Origin: Vicugna vicugna | Taxonomy: Eukaryota | Direction of reading: 5' to 3' | DNA length: 64,000 bases | Assembly (NCBI GenBank): GCA_013265495.1 | Contig: MU057744.1 | Coordinates: 1,502,356-1,566,355 of the forward strand | In this document: positions 25,521 through 38,165 of the stretch, piece by piece | Layout of the letters: each line of letters starts with the position of its first letter | Position numbering within the stretch: the first letter of the stretch is position 1 | Translations under genes and position numbers: made by a program | Notes under the pieces: generated by a model | What the model was told of the DNA's origin: nothing | Databases searched by the model: none | Seen by the model: only the letters and a program-made list of their open reading frames with translations

Positions 25521-28500
25521 TAGACGTCCCTCCCTAGCAAGCTACCATTTTGGTTTCCTTGGCCTCACTGTGCGTCAGGCACGTGAGCTTGGCTTGGCAA
25601 CTTGGTCTTTCCTTTTGAAAACCAGAGTCAAAAGGGGGAGCTGGAAGATACCTCTTTTTGTTAGCTTCAAGGGGTGTTAACTTACCAGGAAGATTTGGCT
25701 TGCCTTCTGGAGGGCTGGAACTGGTGAGGGCTCCAGCCACTGGATGGAACCCCAGCCATGTGGACCATCCGTGTGCACACAGACAAGACGGAGGGGGCGA
25801 GCTGAGGGGCAGAGGGACTGGCTCAGCCCGTCTCCCGTCCGCCCAGGTTGCTGACTGCAGGAGGCAGAGGTGGACCCGGCCTCTGCTTCTCGTCCTGGAG
25901 TGAGCGGATCCACTGCCTCCAATTCAGAAAGCTCCCCAAACCAAGGAGTAACCTCAGAGCGCTGCTGTGAGCACTGATGCTGAGAACTGCTTCCTGGGCT
26001 GGGCTGGGTCTTGCAGGGGCCCAGCTGTGGCCATGGAGAGTCACATGACCTACCCTTTCATCCAGGAATAATTCTAGGCTCTTGGGGGACTATGTGAACA
26101 GACCAGTTCTGGGGTGAGCTGAGAGGAACGTGGGTGAGGGAGCAGAGGCAGGCAGAAATAAGTAAAGGGGCAGGAAACCATCACAACCATGAGAGCTGCG
26201 CAGAAGGCGACAGTGGGAGACTGTGACAGCCGGTGGCTGGCTGCTGGCTCACGTGGGCGGGCCTGCAGAGCCCTGCTGACCGATAAGCCAGAGGGCACTT
26301 GGTGAGCTTGGAGTCACGGACCCCCACGACTCCCTACCTTTTTTCAGTTACGCTTGTAAATACATCTAGTTCCGGCCACAGCTCTCCAAGCTGATTTTGC
26401 TTCTCTTTGTTTATAACTGTGTTTCTGCTGCTTCCTCTGCTGACTCAAAAGGCCACCCTCCCTTTTCCTCCAGAATCACTGGGGCTCCCTCTCGCTACTG
26501 TCCATCCCGCCATGGACATGTGCCTGCTGTGATGCAGTCAAAATGTGAAATAATCGGCCCAACATGGGAGTATGTTTCACAGAAATACTTGCAATGTTAG
26601 TGCTTTTGGGTCTCATGTTACCTAGTATCCATTTTGTTTTTTATGCCTAGAATGAGAGTCCTGATGGGGAAGGCAGAAGACAGGTGAATGGTCAACAGTT
26701 AAAAGTAAGTAACATTATCCAAATGAAACTTACCTCCAAGAGAAAATCTCACGTCTTACTGACAAAATTCATGTGCCAGTTCCATGCACATTCCTTGAAC
26801 TAATGAGGAAAATTCATAAAATGGATGAAAATTTCTCTGCTTTTGACTGGCTTCATGTGAAAACGCTGTAGAAACAGCTTTGTGAATTGCACGTTTTTGG
26901 GACTGTCACGAAGTGGGCCCTGGTTTGAGGTAAATTATGAAGAACTGCCTATCCCCAAATGACACGATGCTGTTGAATTCATTTTAAAGAAATATTCTTT
27001 CACTTGTTGTTAAAACTGCAAAATGAGAATTGTGTGAGGACGACCCCCGTGCCCCACCCGCCACGGCCTGGCGCGCCCGTGGGCACCATCGGCATGTGTT
27101 TCCACGGGGCTGGTTCCATGAGGTCATGCTGCGCCTGCGGATTTTGCTTCTTCAGGACAGTTTCCAGTCCTCTGACATAGAACACCTGGGAGTTTTGCCA
27201 GCTTCCCCCGGCTTCCCTGACATTATCTGTGAGCCACACCAGCAGTAAGGTAGACGCTTTCTGGCTGAATGTTTTCGGAGGCAGGAAGACGAGTCAGTTC
27301 AGCATTTTGCTTTCTGCAACGTGTACACAGGGACGATCGTTTTGAAGTTTGTGATTTGCTACTGTTTACAATGATATTTAGACTGAAGTCTGTCAGGGCC
27401 AGAGCCCAGATTTTAAAATTATTTGCAAAAGTGTTTTAGTAAGTGAATTTAGCCATATATTTTAAAACGAATGAACATTGATAATCCACTGTTGAAAAGC
27501 AGGTAAACTCTGCTGTGTTTTATTCTTTAGACAGGTGACATCACTGAGCCATGTCCTGAGTATTTGAGAAAACAAAATAATTCTCTGAATTTCATGTTGG
27601 TGTCTGGGCATAGCAGAGCATTTGCAGTTCTGGTTACAAACTGTGCTGCAGTGCAGAAGGTCCCACTGAGCCCAGAGCGTTTGCTGCCTCACAGACCCGT
27701 TTAGAGACGAGGAGATAAAAACATCAGGCGCTCTCTAGGTTCTAGGGGTTCGGGTTCAGTCCCTGCACTGCAGGCCTTAGCAGGAAAATCAGTAGGCACC
27801 TGAGAGTATGGCTGGCGTGAAGTTACACGAGGTGAACCTCAATGTTTTTGTTTGGGTTTGAATAAAAATATACGGAGAAGTAATGAAGCCACAAATACAC
27901 TAACCAACAAAACCAACCTCTTCACTGCGGGTCGGCTGCTAACACTTAGCATTCTAAAATCGTCCCCCAAATGCTATGAGCAGAGCTCTTTCATTTGATT
28001 TCCAAAGCTGTGCTTTATTGAATATTTGATGAAACAGACTGCAGATGTCTGCAGTGGCGGTGTTTGGTGACTCTCTGCTGGCAGCTGGGGAGTCTTGTCT
28101 TCTTGGAGATTTCCAGGGGTTGGTTCTCTGTCTGGAGAACAGAGGAGAGCGACACCATTATTCCCGTCAAGTGGGCAGGCACCAGAACGGTGTGTGAAGC
28201 CCCAGGATTCCTGCCCTTCCAGTGCGAAGTCCACGCATGGTCGGAGGCGTGGCCCTCACACCAGACAGAGTGGTGGTCCAGCTCTTCCTAGGGGAGCAGG
28301 GACGACTCCGCTGTTTGTCTCCAGGGAGGGCAGCTGTGCTGAGGAGTGCTGGCGGCCGTGGTGGTGGGCTATCCTTCTGTTTGCTCTGACTTTGTGACTT
28401 GATGAGCACGACAGCGCAATCACGCTTGCCTGTAGGGCAGAGAGCGAGCAAGGCAGTGGTTTTCTCTGAATTAGGGTGTCGGTGTGGCTCTGACTTGTGG

Positions 28501-29041
28501 CTGTATGTCAGGAGCCTGGCGCTGAAAGCTGTGCATTTTAGGTCTAGGCCCACTTTCTTTTTCTGAAACAAAAACCTGAATGACAGTAACTATGGCTTTT
28601 TTCTTGGATGCCCACCCAGCCGAAAGGAAACTGGCTTTGGGGATACTGATCCCAGGAGGCCAGGGGTCCTGGGGGTCAGGGCAGGCTGCCTTGGGGCTGC
28701 ACCGTGGGCCTGAGAACCAGGCTGGGGTCTCAGTTGGCCTGTAAACGCTCTTGTGGACCCCCGGGGGCCTGGCAGGGCTGGCCCCCGCCGAGCCGAGGGT
28801 GAGGGGCAGTCCTGCTCTGTGCCGGCTCTCTTCCTGGGCTGGGCCCGTGGGCTGTTCTGTCAGGGAAGAAGCTTTGATGAAAATGCTTTGATCGGTGTGC
28901 AGAAGGAGGGGCCGGGTAGGGACTCCCTAGCGGCACTTTGGACGTCACGTTTTCCCTTTGGATCAGTTACTCGAGGGTTCTCAGCTTTGGTGTTAACTGC
29001 CTCCTCGCGCCCCTGCCTGTTACAGGTAGAGTCCGTTGTTT

Positions 29042-29250
29042 CTTTTATTTTTAATTAATTAATTTTTATTGAAGTCAGTTTACAGCGTTGTGTCAATTTC
29101 TGGTGTGCAGCACAATGTTTCAGTCACACATATACATACGTATGTTCCTTTTCATGTTCTTTTCCATGGTAGGTTACTGCGAGGTGTGGAATACAGCTCC
29201 CTGTGCTGTCCAGTAGGACCTTGTTGTTTGTCTATTTTATATACAGTAAT
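29042..29250 (-). mobile_element. Young L1 3' fragment
   Basis: ttattgaagtcagtttacagcgttgtgtcaatttctggtgtgcagcac...cagtaggaccttgttg. Confidence 0.88.
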
Positions 29251-29671
29251 TAGTATCAGAGACTGACTATCAACCTGATTGATTTCCACGCCTTCTTCTC
29301 TGCAGCCTGTTCTCTTCTCCAGCCTCTCAGAGAGGATCATCAGTGCCTTTGGAGGACGGAGGTGAAAAAAACGTGTACCACGTAATACTTGAATTACAGT
29401 TTGGGGGGAAATTCAGGATGAGATAACTGAAGCTTTTCCGATTTCAATGATCTGCTTTTGCTAAATTTTTATGCTGCTGTGAAGACCAGCAGAACTGCCT
29501 GCCGTTAGGGATGCGCTGCTTTCGGATGTTAAATGCTCCACACCGGCTGTGGATTTAATGTGATGGTCAGAAGCGGTTCTGGCTTTCGATGCTGTAGGAT
29601 GTTGATCTAAATGTACTCGGGATGTTTAAGTCTGTCCTGTGAATTTCATCCCCATGGAGTCTATGGCACTG

Positions 29672-29814
29672 TTTTGTTTTGTTTTGTTTTTATGATGGAG
29701 GAGGAGGTAATTCAGTTTATTTTATTATTTTATTTGTTTAATGGAGGGACTGGGGATTGAACCCGGGACCTCGTGCATGCTAGGCCCACGCTCGGAGCTA
29801 CCCCCTCCCCTCCA
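29672..29814 (-). mobile_element. tRNA-Ala-derived SINE (camelid vic-1 type) with TSD
   Basis: ggggattgaacccgggacctcgtgcatgcta (antisense B-box region); (gtttt)n tail; TSD gagtc(t/a)atggca(c/t)tg at 29657-29671 and 29815-29829. Confidence 0.88.
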
Positions 29815-30500
29815 GAGTCAATGGCATTGGAAACAATTTGGTTATTGATTTTTGTTTTTGTTTTATTTTTTGTAGTCAACCAGAAAGAACAGAATCGATG
29901 CAGTGTTTCATTGGAGATATTTTACTGTATGACTTTTTTCACATTTGCATTTTCTGTAATAATAGGAAACTTTGATTACTTTGGATGTGCCGTGATTTCT
30001 TCTTCCTTCTGATAGGGACGGAAGGAGATGCCTGTGATCGCACACAGTATTACCTTGTTACTAAGCTGTGGTCAGTGTGAACATGCATCTCCCGTTTTTA
30101 AAGGCCATCTGATTTTTCAGAAGTGACCCCCACACAGTGCAGAACACTCTGTTCTCGTCTTGTCTTCCCGTCTCAACGGGCTGCTGTGTCATTGCCTCTT
30201 GGCCGCGTGAAGTGCGCTTGTAATTTCTTGCCATGTTTTAAAAAATAAAAATGACTGGAATTTTACTCTCACTTTTCTAAATGTACAGCATAATTGGAAT
30301 ATTTTAAGCAAAAAGATGATAAGGCAAAAAGCCGTGCTTGGAGCCCTAGAAATAACTAACATTTATACCTAAGTGGGTGCTGGATGGATAATTCATACAC
30401 TAGAGGCACAATATGCTGTTGAGTGAAAATTCTAAGAACGATACCACTTAAACCCTGACCTTTTATGAACGGTTAGAAACCACATGAAACTTCGTATTTA

Positions 30501-30729
30501 CACAGCCTTGTAAACTGACTATATACTTCAATTAAAAGTAAATAAATGAAATAACACTGTAAATTGGCTATACGTCAATAAAAAATTTAAAAATAAAAAT
30601 AACACTGTAAACTGACTATATTTCAATAAAAATAAAATAACATTGTAAACTGACTGTACTTTAAAAAATAAATAAAAATAAAATACACAATATTGTAAAC
30701 TGACTATACTTCAATAAAAATGAAAAATA
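30501..30729 (+). mobile_element. Five tandem L1 3' termini within one TSD
   Basis: Five copies of acattgtaaactgactatacttcaa, each with an A-rich tail; flanks aaacttcgt(a/g)t(t/g)ta at 30487-30500 and 30730-30743. Confidence 0.85.
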
Positions 30730-31669
30730 AAACTTCGTGTGTAATGACTCCCCTGCAGTCAGCTGCTTGATCTGACTTGGCCGGAGCCTGGAGGCCCTTA
30801 CTTTCCCCTTATCCGTTTCCTGCGAGCCCACTGTGCGCAGCCGTTCCTCCGGTGCTGGGGAGTCAGCAGTGAGCAAAGCAGACACGCCTCTCTCGTGACA
30901 CTTCCCGTGGAAGAGGGAGGGGTTCTGACAGTAACCAAAGCGAGCAAGCGTGCTAACCGCAGACAGGGATGGTGCTTTGGAGGAGAAAACCTCCCCACAG
31001 GGATGGGAAAGAGGGCGGGTGGGCTCTGGGGCTGAGAGGGGCGGGCACTTCAGGCAGCTTGATCTGATGATTCGTTTTCGTTGGACGTATCACTTGGGTT
31101 GGTTGAGTGACGGATGATGACAAGGGCCAGTGTGGAAGGAGCCGGGAAGAGCCTTCTATGCAGAGAGGTGGCAGGGCCACGCCGGGCAGGTTGGGGGGCA
31201 GCCAGCCTGTGCGGTGGAGGGAGGTGGGACGCAGGGCTCCCGTGGGGACTTGACCCTTGTGGCACCTGGAGAGGGAACTGTCCCCAGTCTCAGCCCGGGG
31301 CCTGGGGGTGCCGCTGACTCACAGAAGGCTGGGGGGCTAAGCGTGCAGTGTGACTAGAGAGATGCAGTTTCGTCGTTAATACAAGTGTATAGTCCATTTC
31401 GTTTTACCCTCATAGCAAGCCTGTGGTTTCTTTTAATCTTTATAGTAAATATTTGTTAAAGTGCTTTGTACGGCTACATTAAGGAAATTAGGAAATAAAA
31501 AGAGATTGTTGTCCTACAGATAGAGAAAATCTTTCAGAAAAACACGGAGAAATGGACAGGTGACCTATGGTCAGAGGTTGAGCCGCGGTGCTGCAGAGCG
31601 GGACGGCGATGCCGGTGGTGGGAAACACAGAACCAGCCGGGACTTAAGTCGTCCTGGAGAAGGGGTGTA

Positions 31670-31790
31670 AGTGTACGTGTGGGAGTAGGGGCAGGTGGAG
31701 GGCCGGGGTGAGGGGAGGGAGGGGCAGGTGTGGGCATCCGAGGAGGGGCAGGTGGAGGAGCTGGTGGAGGTGGACGAGGGGTGTGGATAC
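31670..31790 (+). repeat. G-rich purine tract (potential G-quadruplex)
   Basis: Many G3-G4 runs; ggggcaggtg occurs three times. Confidence 0.6.
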
Positions 31791-32361
31791 ACGACGCCAG
31801 TGATTTCACTCGGTGTTCTGAGTCGTTCCGGGATTTCTTAGAGGTTTCTGAAGGGTTCTGGTTACAGTAAAGAGGACAGTGAGGAAGAAGGGTGGACTTT
31901 CTTGAAAATAGGTCCTCCCACGAAATAAAGGAGCCTTAAAGTATCCTGCTTTCAAATGTCGACTACAGCGCGAACCTAGAAACGAAGCAGTAGCCACGTG
32001 AGTGAGACAGATACCAGTCAGTGAGCACGAAGGTGGAGGGCTTTCCCACTCTCTCCCTTCTGGCCACGGGGGTGACTCGCCGAGCCTGCCCTGTGCGTGG
32101 CCCCCTCCGGGGAAAACGCAGGAGCGACGTTACTGTCTGGATCAGAGCGCCTGGGACTTACTGGGTGTCACTTCCACCTGCTCACTTCCTCTCCGGGTTT
32201 CAGAGACCTCTGCAGCTCTGCGGCGTGGGTCGCCTGCCTGCTGATGTACCGGCTGTTAGGCGTCGCGGTGCCGAAGGGTTGTCCCTTGTCATCTGGGGCA
32301 AGCGAAGCTCGCCGGGACTCCTCTGGCTTTTCGGCAGGGGAAGTCATTCGGTTTTTATGCA

Positions 32362-32480
32362 TTTTTAAATGGGAGTGCTGGGGGCTGAGCCCAGGACCCT
32401 GTGCGTGCTAAGGGCGCACCCGAGCACTAAGCAAGTCCTTGCCCTCTGAGGCGCCGCCAGAGCTGAGTGCTCAGCCCCCA
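32362..32480 (-). mobile_element. Degenerate tRNA-Ala-derived SINE
   Basis: gtgctgggggctgagcccaggaccctgtgcgtgctaag resembles the other SINE copies, with GC-shifted substitutions and an internal rearrangement. Confidence 0.6.
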
Positions 32481-33236
32481 TCAGGGCTCTCCGTGCGGTG
32501 CGGAGGTTTAGAAGGAGGCCGCCTGCCTCCCTGCTTCCCAAACAGGTTGACGACCGGCTGGGCAAACACAAGCCCTCCCTGAGCTGCAGCAGCAAGGCTT
32601 TGGCTCGGGAGGCTCCCTGCTCCACTCCCGAGGGGAGAAGCATTTTGCCTTCTTGTCACCGTCATGCTTCCCGGACCTGCGTCTGTTCGCCGGAACATCA
32701 GGGTCTGCTGAGCAGCAGGTTGGCTCGCTGTGACCTTGAAAGCCTGCAGACCTTTGAGAAGACGGTAGCAAGGTCGTCAGAGTCTGACTAAAAGCATCTC
32801 CTTCCTCACCATGATTAAATCACCGTTTAATTCTCTCCATGGTGGAGCTCTTCTTTCTCTTTAGCCAAGTGCTTAATGTATGGTCATAAAGGATGAATTA
32901 ATCAGCAGGCTCTCTCCCTAGACGTTGCATTTTGTGTGCTCTTGGGTCAGTGCGTCTCGTTACGCTTCCCAGGTATGGATTCAGACAGACGGCGCTTTAT
33001 CACTAACCGAGTCTCCATCCAGGGGACCCTGTGCCAGAGGAGCGTCACTGAGAGGTCAGAGGGGAGATCTAGAGAACTGACATCATGTGGTTCCTAGGCC
33101 AGTGTGCCCAGGAAACCGAAGAGGAGGTAGTTTATTTGAAAACTGTTCTCTTTCATCTTCAATACCTATTTTGATTTTTTTAAAAAAGGAAAGCCAGTGC
33201 TCCAATGAGTACAATATCCAATGTACTTATTCTGTG

Positions 33237-33353
33237 TTTTTTTTAAAGGGGGAGGTAATTAGGTTTTTTTATTTTTAATGAGGGGCTGGGGATTGAACCC
33301 AGGACCTCGTGCATGCTAAGCATGTGCTCTGCCACTGAGCTGTCCCCTCCCCC
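33237..33353 (-). mobile_element. tRNA-Ala-derived SINE (vic-1 type)
   Basis: ggggattgaacccaggacctcgtgcatgctaagcatgtgctctgccactgagctgtcccctcccc. Confidence 0.9.
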
Positions 33354-33523
33354 ACATCGAATACAAAATCCTCCTAAAGTCAGGGACAAAACAGCATGTT
33401 TTCATCGGAGGTGTATGAAGAAGGAAATGCAAAAAACAAGAAAAACTTTTCAGAAATTTACCGAACTTTCTTTTGCCCTGGAATGCTTCTGGCAAAACCA
33501 GTGTCGTTGACTTCTTTTCTGTG

Positions 33524-33838
33524 TTTTTTAATTGAAGTGTAGTTGAGTTACAATGATGTGTCAGCTTCAGGTGTACAGCATAGCGGTTCAGTTATACATC
33601 TATATATTCTTTTTCATTATAGGTTGTTAAAAGATACTGAATGTAGTTCCCTGCACTCTTCAGTGGGACCTTGTTGTTTATCTCTTTTATACATAGTAGT
33701 TTGTATCTGCTGATCCCAAACTCCTAATTTATCCCTCCACCCGCCCTGGTAACCATAAGTTTGTTTCCTATGTCTGTGAGTTTCTTTCCGTTCTGTAAAT
33801 AGGTTCGTTTGTGTCATTTTTTAGATTCCACATATAGA
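33524..33838 (-). mobile_element. Young L1 3' fragment
   Basis: aattgaagtgtagttgagttacaatg...ttagattccacatata. Confidence 0.9.
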
Positions 33839-34344
33839 GGACTTGTTTTCCTAAGGACTCACTGTGTGTAGAATGTTGGAGCAGGAGGAACTGCCAGCAT
33901 CGCCTAGGTGTGCATGTGACTGGGGGGCTCCAAGGAGCTTCCTGAGGCCCCCAGACTTTCCTCTTCCGGGGACAGTGGTGTGCATGTGCCACGTCGTGTA
34001 CACAGAGTGTTACGTCCTCGGTAGGCTGTTGGCTACTTGCAAGTGCCAGCTCTTGGCTGGGGTGCACCTGGGGCATCATGTCACCTGATCCGTCTTCACA
34101 GTCACGTGTTGAGGCTATTGTTATTACTACTGAGGCATTATCGACCTGACTTTCCAGATGAGGAAAAAGAAGTGCGTAAAGATTAATTTGAAACCAGGCG
34201 CCTTGTTAGAGATGCTTGTAAGTTCAACCAGTGACTCTTTTCACTCAGTGGCTCCCTGCGCCCAAATCAGGTTTGATGCAGCTCTGAGACTTAGAAGAGA
34301 AGCACCAGCATGATGTTCGTGTCTCGCTTCACGGCTGCTTCTAC

Positions 34345-34550
34345 TGGGGTTCGGGCCTGAGGACACTTGGGTTGAGGCCTGGCGCTGCGGCTTCCTAGCT
34401 GTGTGCCTCGGGCCAATTAATCTGCCCAGACCTTAATTTTCTCACGTGTAAAACAAGGACAGTCACAGAACTCGCCTCTGCGGGGTGCAGTGAGAGTTAC
34501 GGGAGATAATGTGTAGGAAGTTCTCCAAGACTGCGGGCTAGTAACACTGT
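34345..34550 (+). mobile_element. MIR SINE
   Basis: cttcctagctgtgtgcctcgggccaattaatctg...ttttctcacgtgtaaaacaaggac resembles the MIR core. Confidence 0.7.
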
Positions 34551-36442
34551 GCTGGCCCTTCTCCGAGAAGACACTGACCGTGAGCTCAGGAGCGTCGCGC
34601 GAGAGAGGCGCTGGCTCGGTCACGTGACAGTCTTTCGCTGCAGGAGTGACTGGTCTCTTTTTCTGCATCTTAAATTTTCCACGTGGGTGGGCTGGGACCT
34701 GCATATCCACACGCAGGAAGTTCTTGCGTTCTATTATGTGCACAGGCTGTTTTTACGCGTGATTTTCCATTTCCTGTATAGGCTTTGGAAAATTGGACAG
34801 ACACTCGGGAAGAGTGACCTTTGATGGTAAAAGATGAGCATACTTCATTTTCTTTAATTTAAAAGAGAGCATTCCAAGGATCCTTGATTATGGTCATCCA
34901 ACATGATGAGAATGAAACAGAAATGCTTCATTTTCTTCATTCCCTCTTGTTTCATGGTTAAGAAAGGCATTACATGCATTTAGAGAGGGGTGCATTTATA
35001 ATAAATCAGCGTGGCTCAGAGTTTTCCTCAAGGGTTTTGAGTTTTAATCTGTCTGCAGATCAGTGGCGCTATTAAAAAGAATTGCCAACCACCAGTATGT
35101 TGTTGTTACTGTCAGCCTGGCCTGTGATGCCTTTGTGGTCTGGTTTCTTGCCCAGCTTCGAGGCGTCACCTTTCGTCCTAACCCGGGCTCCCTTGGAACT
35201 GAACTTTGATTTCAAATGCACCTGCTCTCTCTTGATGTTGATCGGTCCCTTTTGTGACCTGTCCCTCCTCTGCTGCCCACTTGCTGTCCCCACCCTTGAC
35301 CTCAGGCCTCACTGACCTTGCTGCCCTGTTGGAGGTCCACCATCCCCCCCGTGTTAACTGCGTCTTCCTGAGGTAGCTCTCGAGAGTGAGTTGCAATGAT
35401 TATTTAATTCTTTATTTTCCATGAGACCCAATCTGAAACTTTCCAGTCCATCTTCTTTCTGATACCTATGGCCTTTTCAAATAGCAGTCAGTGAAGTGTG
35501 GGGGATGCCTTTAAATTGTGCTAAACATTTAGGAGTGATTTCATAATGGGGCTCCTTTGGACTCTGCTGTTAGAAATACTCCATCAGTGACACCGACTCA
35601 GGATTAAGTAGTATTCGTGAAGGATTCCGACTACCAGTGAGGGAAGGGTCATCCGTGTGGTAGACCCCACACTGAAAAAAACACCAAGTCCCTGGGTTAT
35701 GTGCGTTGCTCAATGAAGGTTAAAAAACACCATGTTAGTAAGGTTTTCTTTTGCCGCATTTCTTAACAAATGTTTTCCTCCAGATTCTAAGTGTGTATCA
35801 TGATACCCTTTATGATTGCAAAGCCTTAGTCCTGTTCATAAGGTAGAACTTCCAAATGAACCATGCATTTATGCAGAGCACTTGAAAATGCAAATTTTAT
35901 AACACTCATAATCTGAAGGCTCCTGTTTCTCTATTCAAGTGTTATGTCTCATTTGCATTACATTTTGCAGGTATATTATTTGCAGTACCATATAATATTG
36001 ACATGTCACATTCAATCTAGGTAGTGTCCCCTTAGAGCACTATAATTATATGTTGTAGTGCCTGAATATTTTAATGTATTTTTCAGAAATAATTTCTTCC
36101 CTTTATATTTCTTGTGGTGATTCTTAAAATAGCAAAAGTGGTTGCTCTGGAACCTGCTGTTACAGACGTCAATCTTTTGGATGTTTTCAGACTTATTTTT
36201 TTCTTGGCCCTTAGAACATTTCATATTACATTAAAGTCGTACCCAGACCCCCATGCATGTTTCTTCCCGTGAGTGTCTGTTTGTGTACACCTCCGTGCTT
36301 ACACATCCGTGCTGTCGTGTGTGCGTGTGCGTGTGTGCCTCTGTGATATATTTGAAAATTGGGATTGTTGTACTGGTTTTGCTAGAGATCATTGACCCAT
36401 TCATGTCAGTTCTTTTGGTATGTAAAGCGCCATTTAAAAAAA

Positions 36443-36885
36443 TTTATTGACATGTAGTTGATTTACAACATTAGTTTCAGGGGTGCAGCAGAGTGATTCA
36501 GTTATACACATACATACATACGTATTTTTTTCTTCTCAGATTCTTTTCCATTATTTGCTGTTACCAGAAGTTGAATGTAGTTCCCTGAGCTGTGCAGCAG
36601 GTCCTTGTTGTGCGTCTATTTTATCTACAGTAGTGTGTCTGTTAATCCCCAGCCCCTGACTTGTCCCTCCCACCCTTCCCCTTTTGGTAACCGTAGTTTG
36701 TCTTCTATTTCTGTGAGTCTGTTTTTGGTTTGTAAATAGAATTTGTATCATTTTCTTTTTAGATTCCACATATAAGTGACGTCATAGGATATTTGCGCTT
36801 CTCTGTCTGATTTACTTCACTTAGTGTGATAATCTCTAGGTCCATCCATGTTGCTACAAATGGCATTATTTCATTCTTTTTTATG
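36443..36885 (-). mobile_element. Young L1 3' fragment
   Basis: tagttgatttacaacattagtttcagg...ggtccatccatgttgctacaaatggcattatttcattc. Confidence 0.9.
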
Positions 36886-38165
36886 AAAATCACCATTCTT
36901 AATGCCCATGGTGTAGCTTATATCTAATTTTGCATGACCTTGAAACTAAAAATATCTCTGGTTCCAAGCAGGGTGCCCTCAGACGGCCCCAGCCAGCATC
37001 TGGTGGGTCCCAGGCTCGCCCTGGTCTCGTCCCGGCTTCCCTCCCTCATGGACAGACGGCCTGCGTGAGGCTCTTTCCTGTGCTGACACCTGTGACTAGA
37101 GAACCTGGCACTGGCGCTGGCAGCGTTAGGGACCCGGTAGCTGTGATAGGCTGGAAAGTTAATGTTTAAAATGACAGTACTTTCCTGTTAACGCAGACAA
37201 ATGGCCAATGTTCTACCGCTCATATTCGTGTTGTAAAATTTTCTCAGATCATTGTGTCTAATTATAATTGGCAGTAATTCCTTCTTTACTTTTAAAATGC
37301 ACTGTCACATGTAAACATTCATGGTTACGAAATCACAAAAATGGTCTAAAGGTGATTTGATTCGCTTCTGTCGCTTAGTTGTACTGAGTATTGTTTGAAC
37401 TAAGTAGATCCTCGGTTTTGACTCAGAAGTCTTGCTGACTACAAACAAAACCCCCAGCTTTAATATTGTGGGTGTTGCCAGATTACTTGATTATTTTTAT
37501 TGGCTTTCCTGAATTTGTGATCAGGCTCTCAGTACTTTCTCTACCTTGTGAACTATGTTCTTAAAAAAAGTAAAACTCTTCCACACCGCAGGTGTTAACA
37601 TTTTCCTTGGGATCGCAGTGAAAAAATATAGACGCTTTCCTTGATAGTTGATAGAAAATCTTTCATTCACGTTTTACGGCTGTGTGTCTGGTGAAGGTGT
37701 CTTTTGAGTTAGTATGAAAGCTCCTCAGACGGTGCAGGAACACAGTGGTTCAGGCAAGCTGCATACCTGAGACAGGTTGATACGGGGAACAGATGCGTGC
37801 GTCAGGTGCTTAATTATGGAGGAGGAAGCAATATCTTCATATTTACTGAGATTACCCGTGCTTTTGTGGATAAAATAGCTCGATCTTTTTGTAAGTAAAA
37901 AAGATCTTTAGTGTATGTTCTGTTGTTGTTCATAACGGCGACTCCTTGTCGGCCTCACGAAACACGGGGATGGGCTTTGGCTTCGGCTGCTGGAGGGCTT
38001 CTCCGCCCTCTGTCCGCCGTGCCTTCGCCTGGCTCCCGAACTGGCTCCTACACGGTCAGGTCAGCTGTCTGCTTTCCAACTGGCCTGCGATTTCAGGACA
38101 TGATGGGACGTACATAGCAAATTGGACCTTAAAATTCTTTCCGAAGTTATTAAACTTTAGAGATT

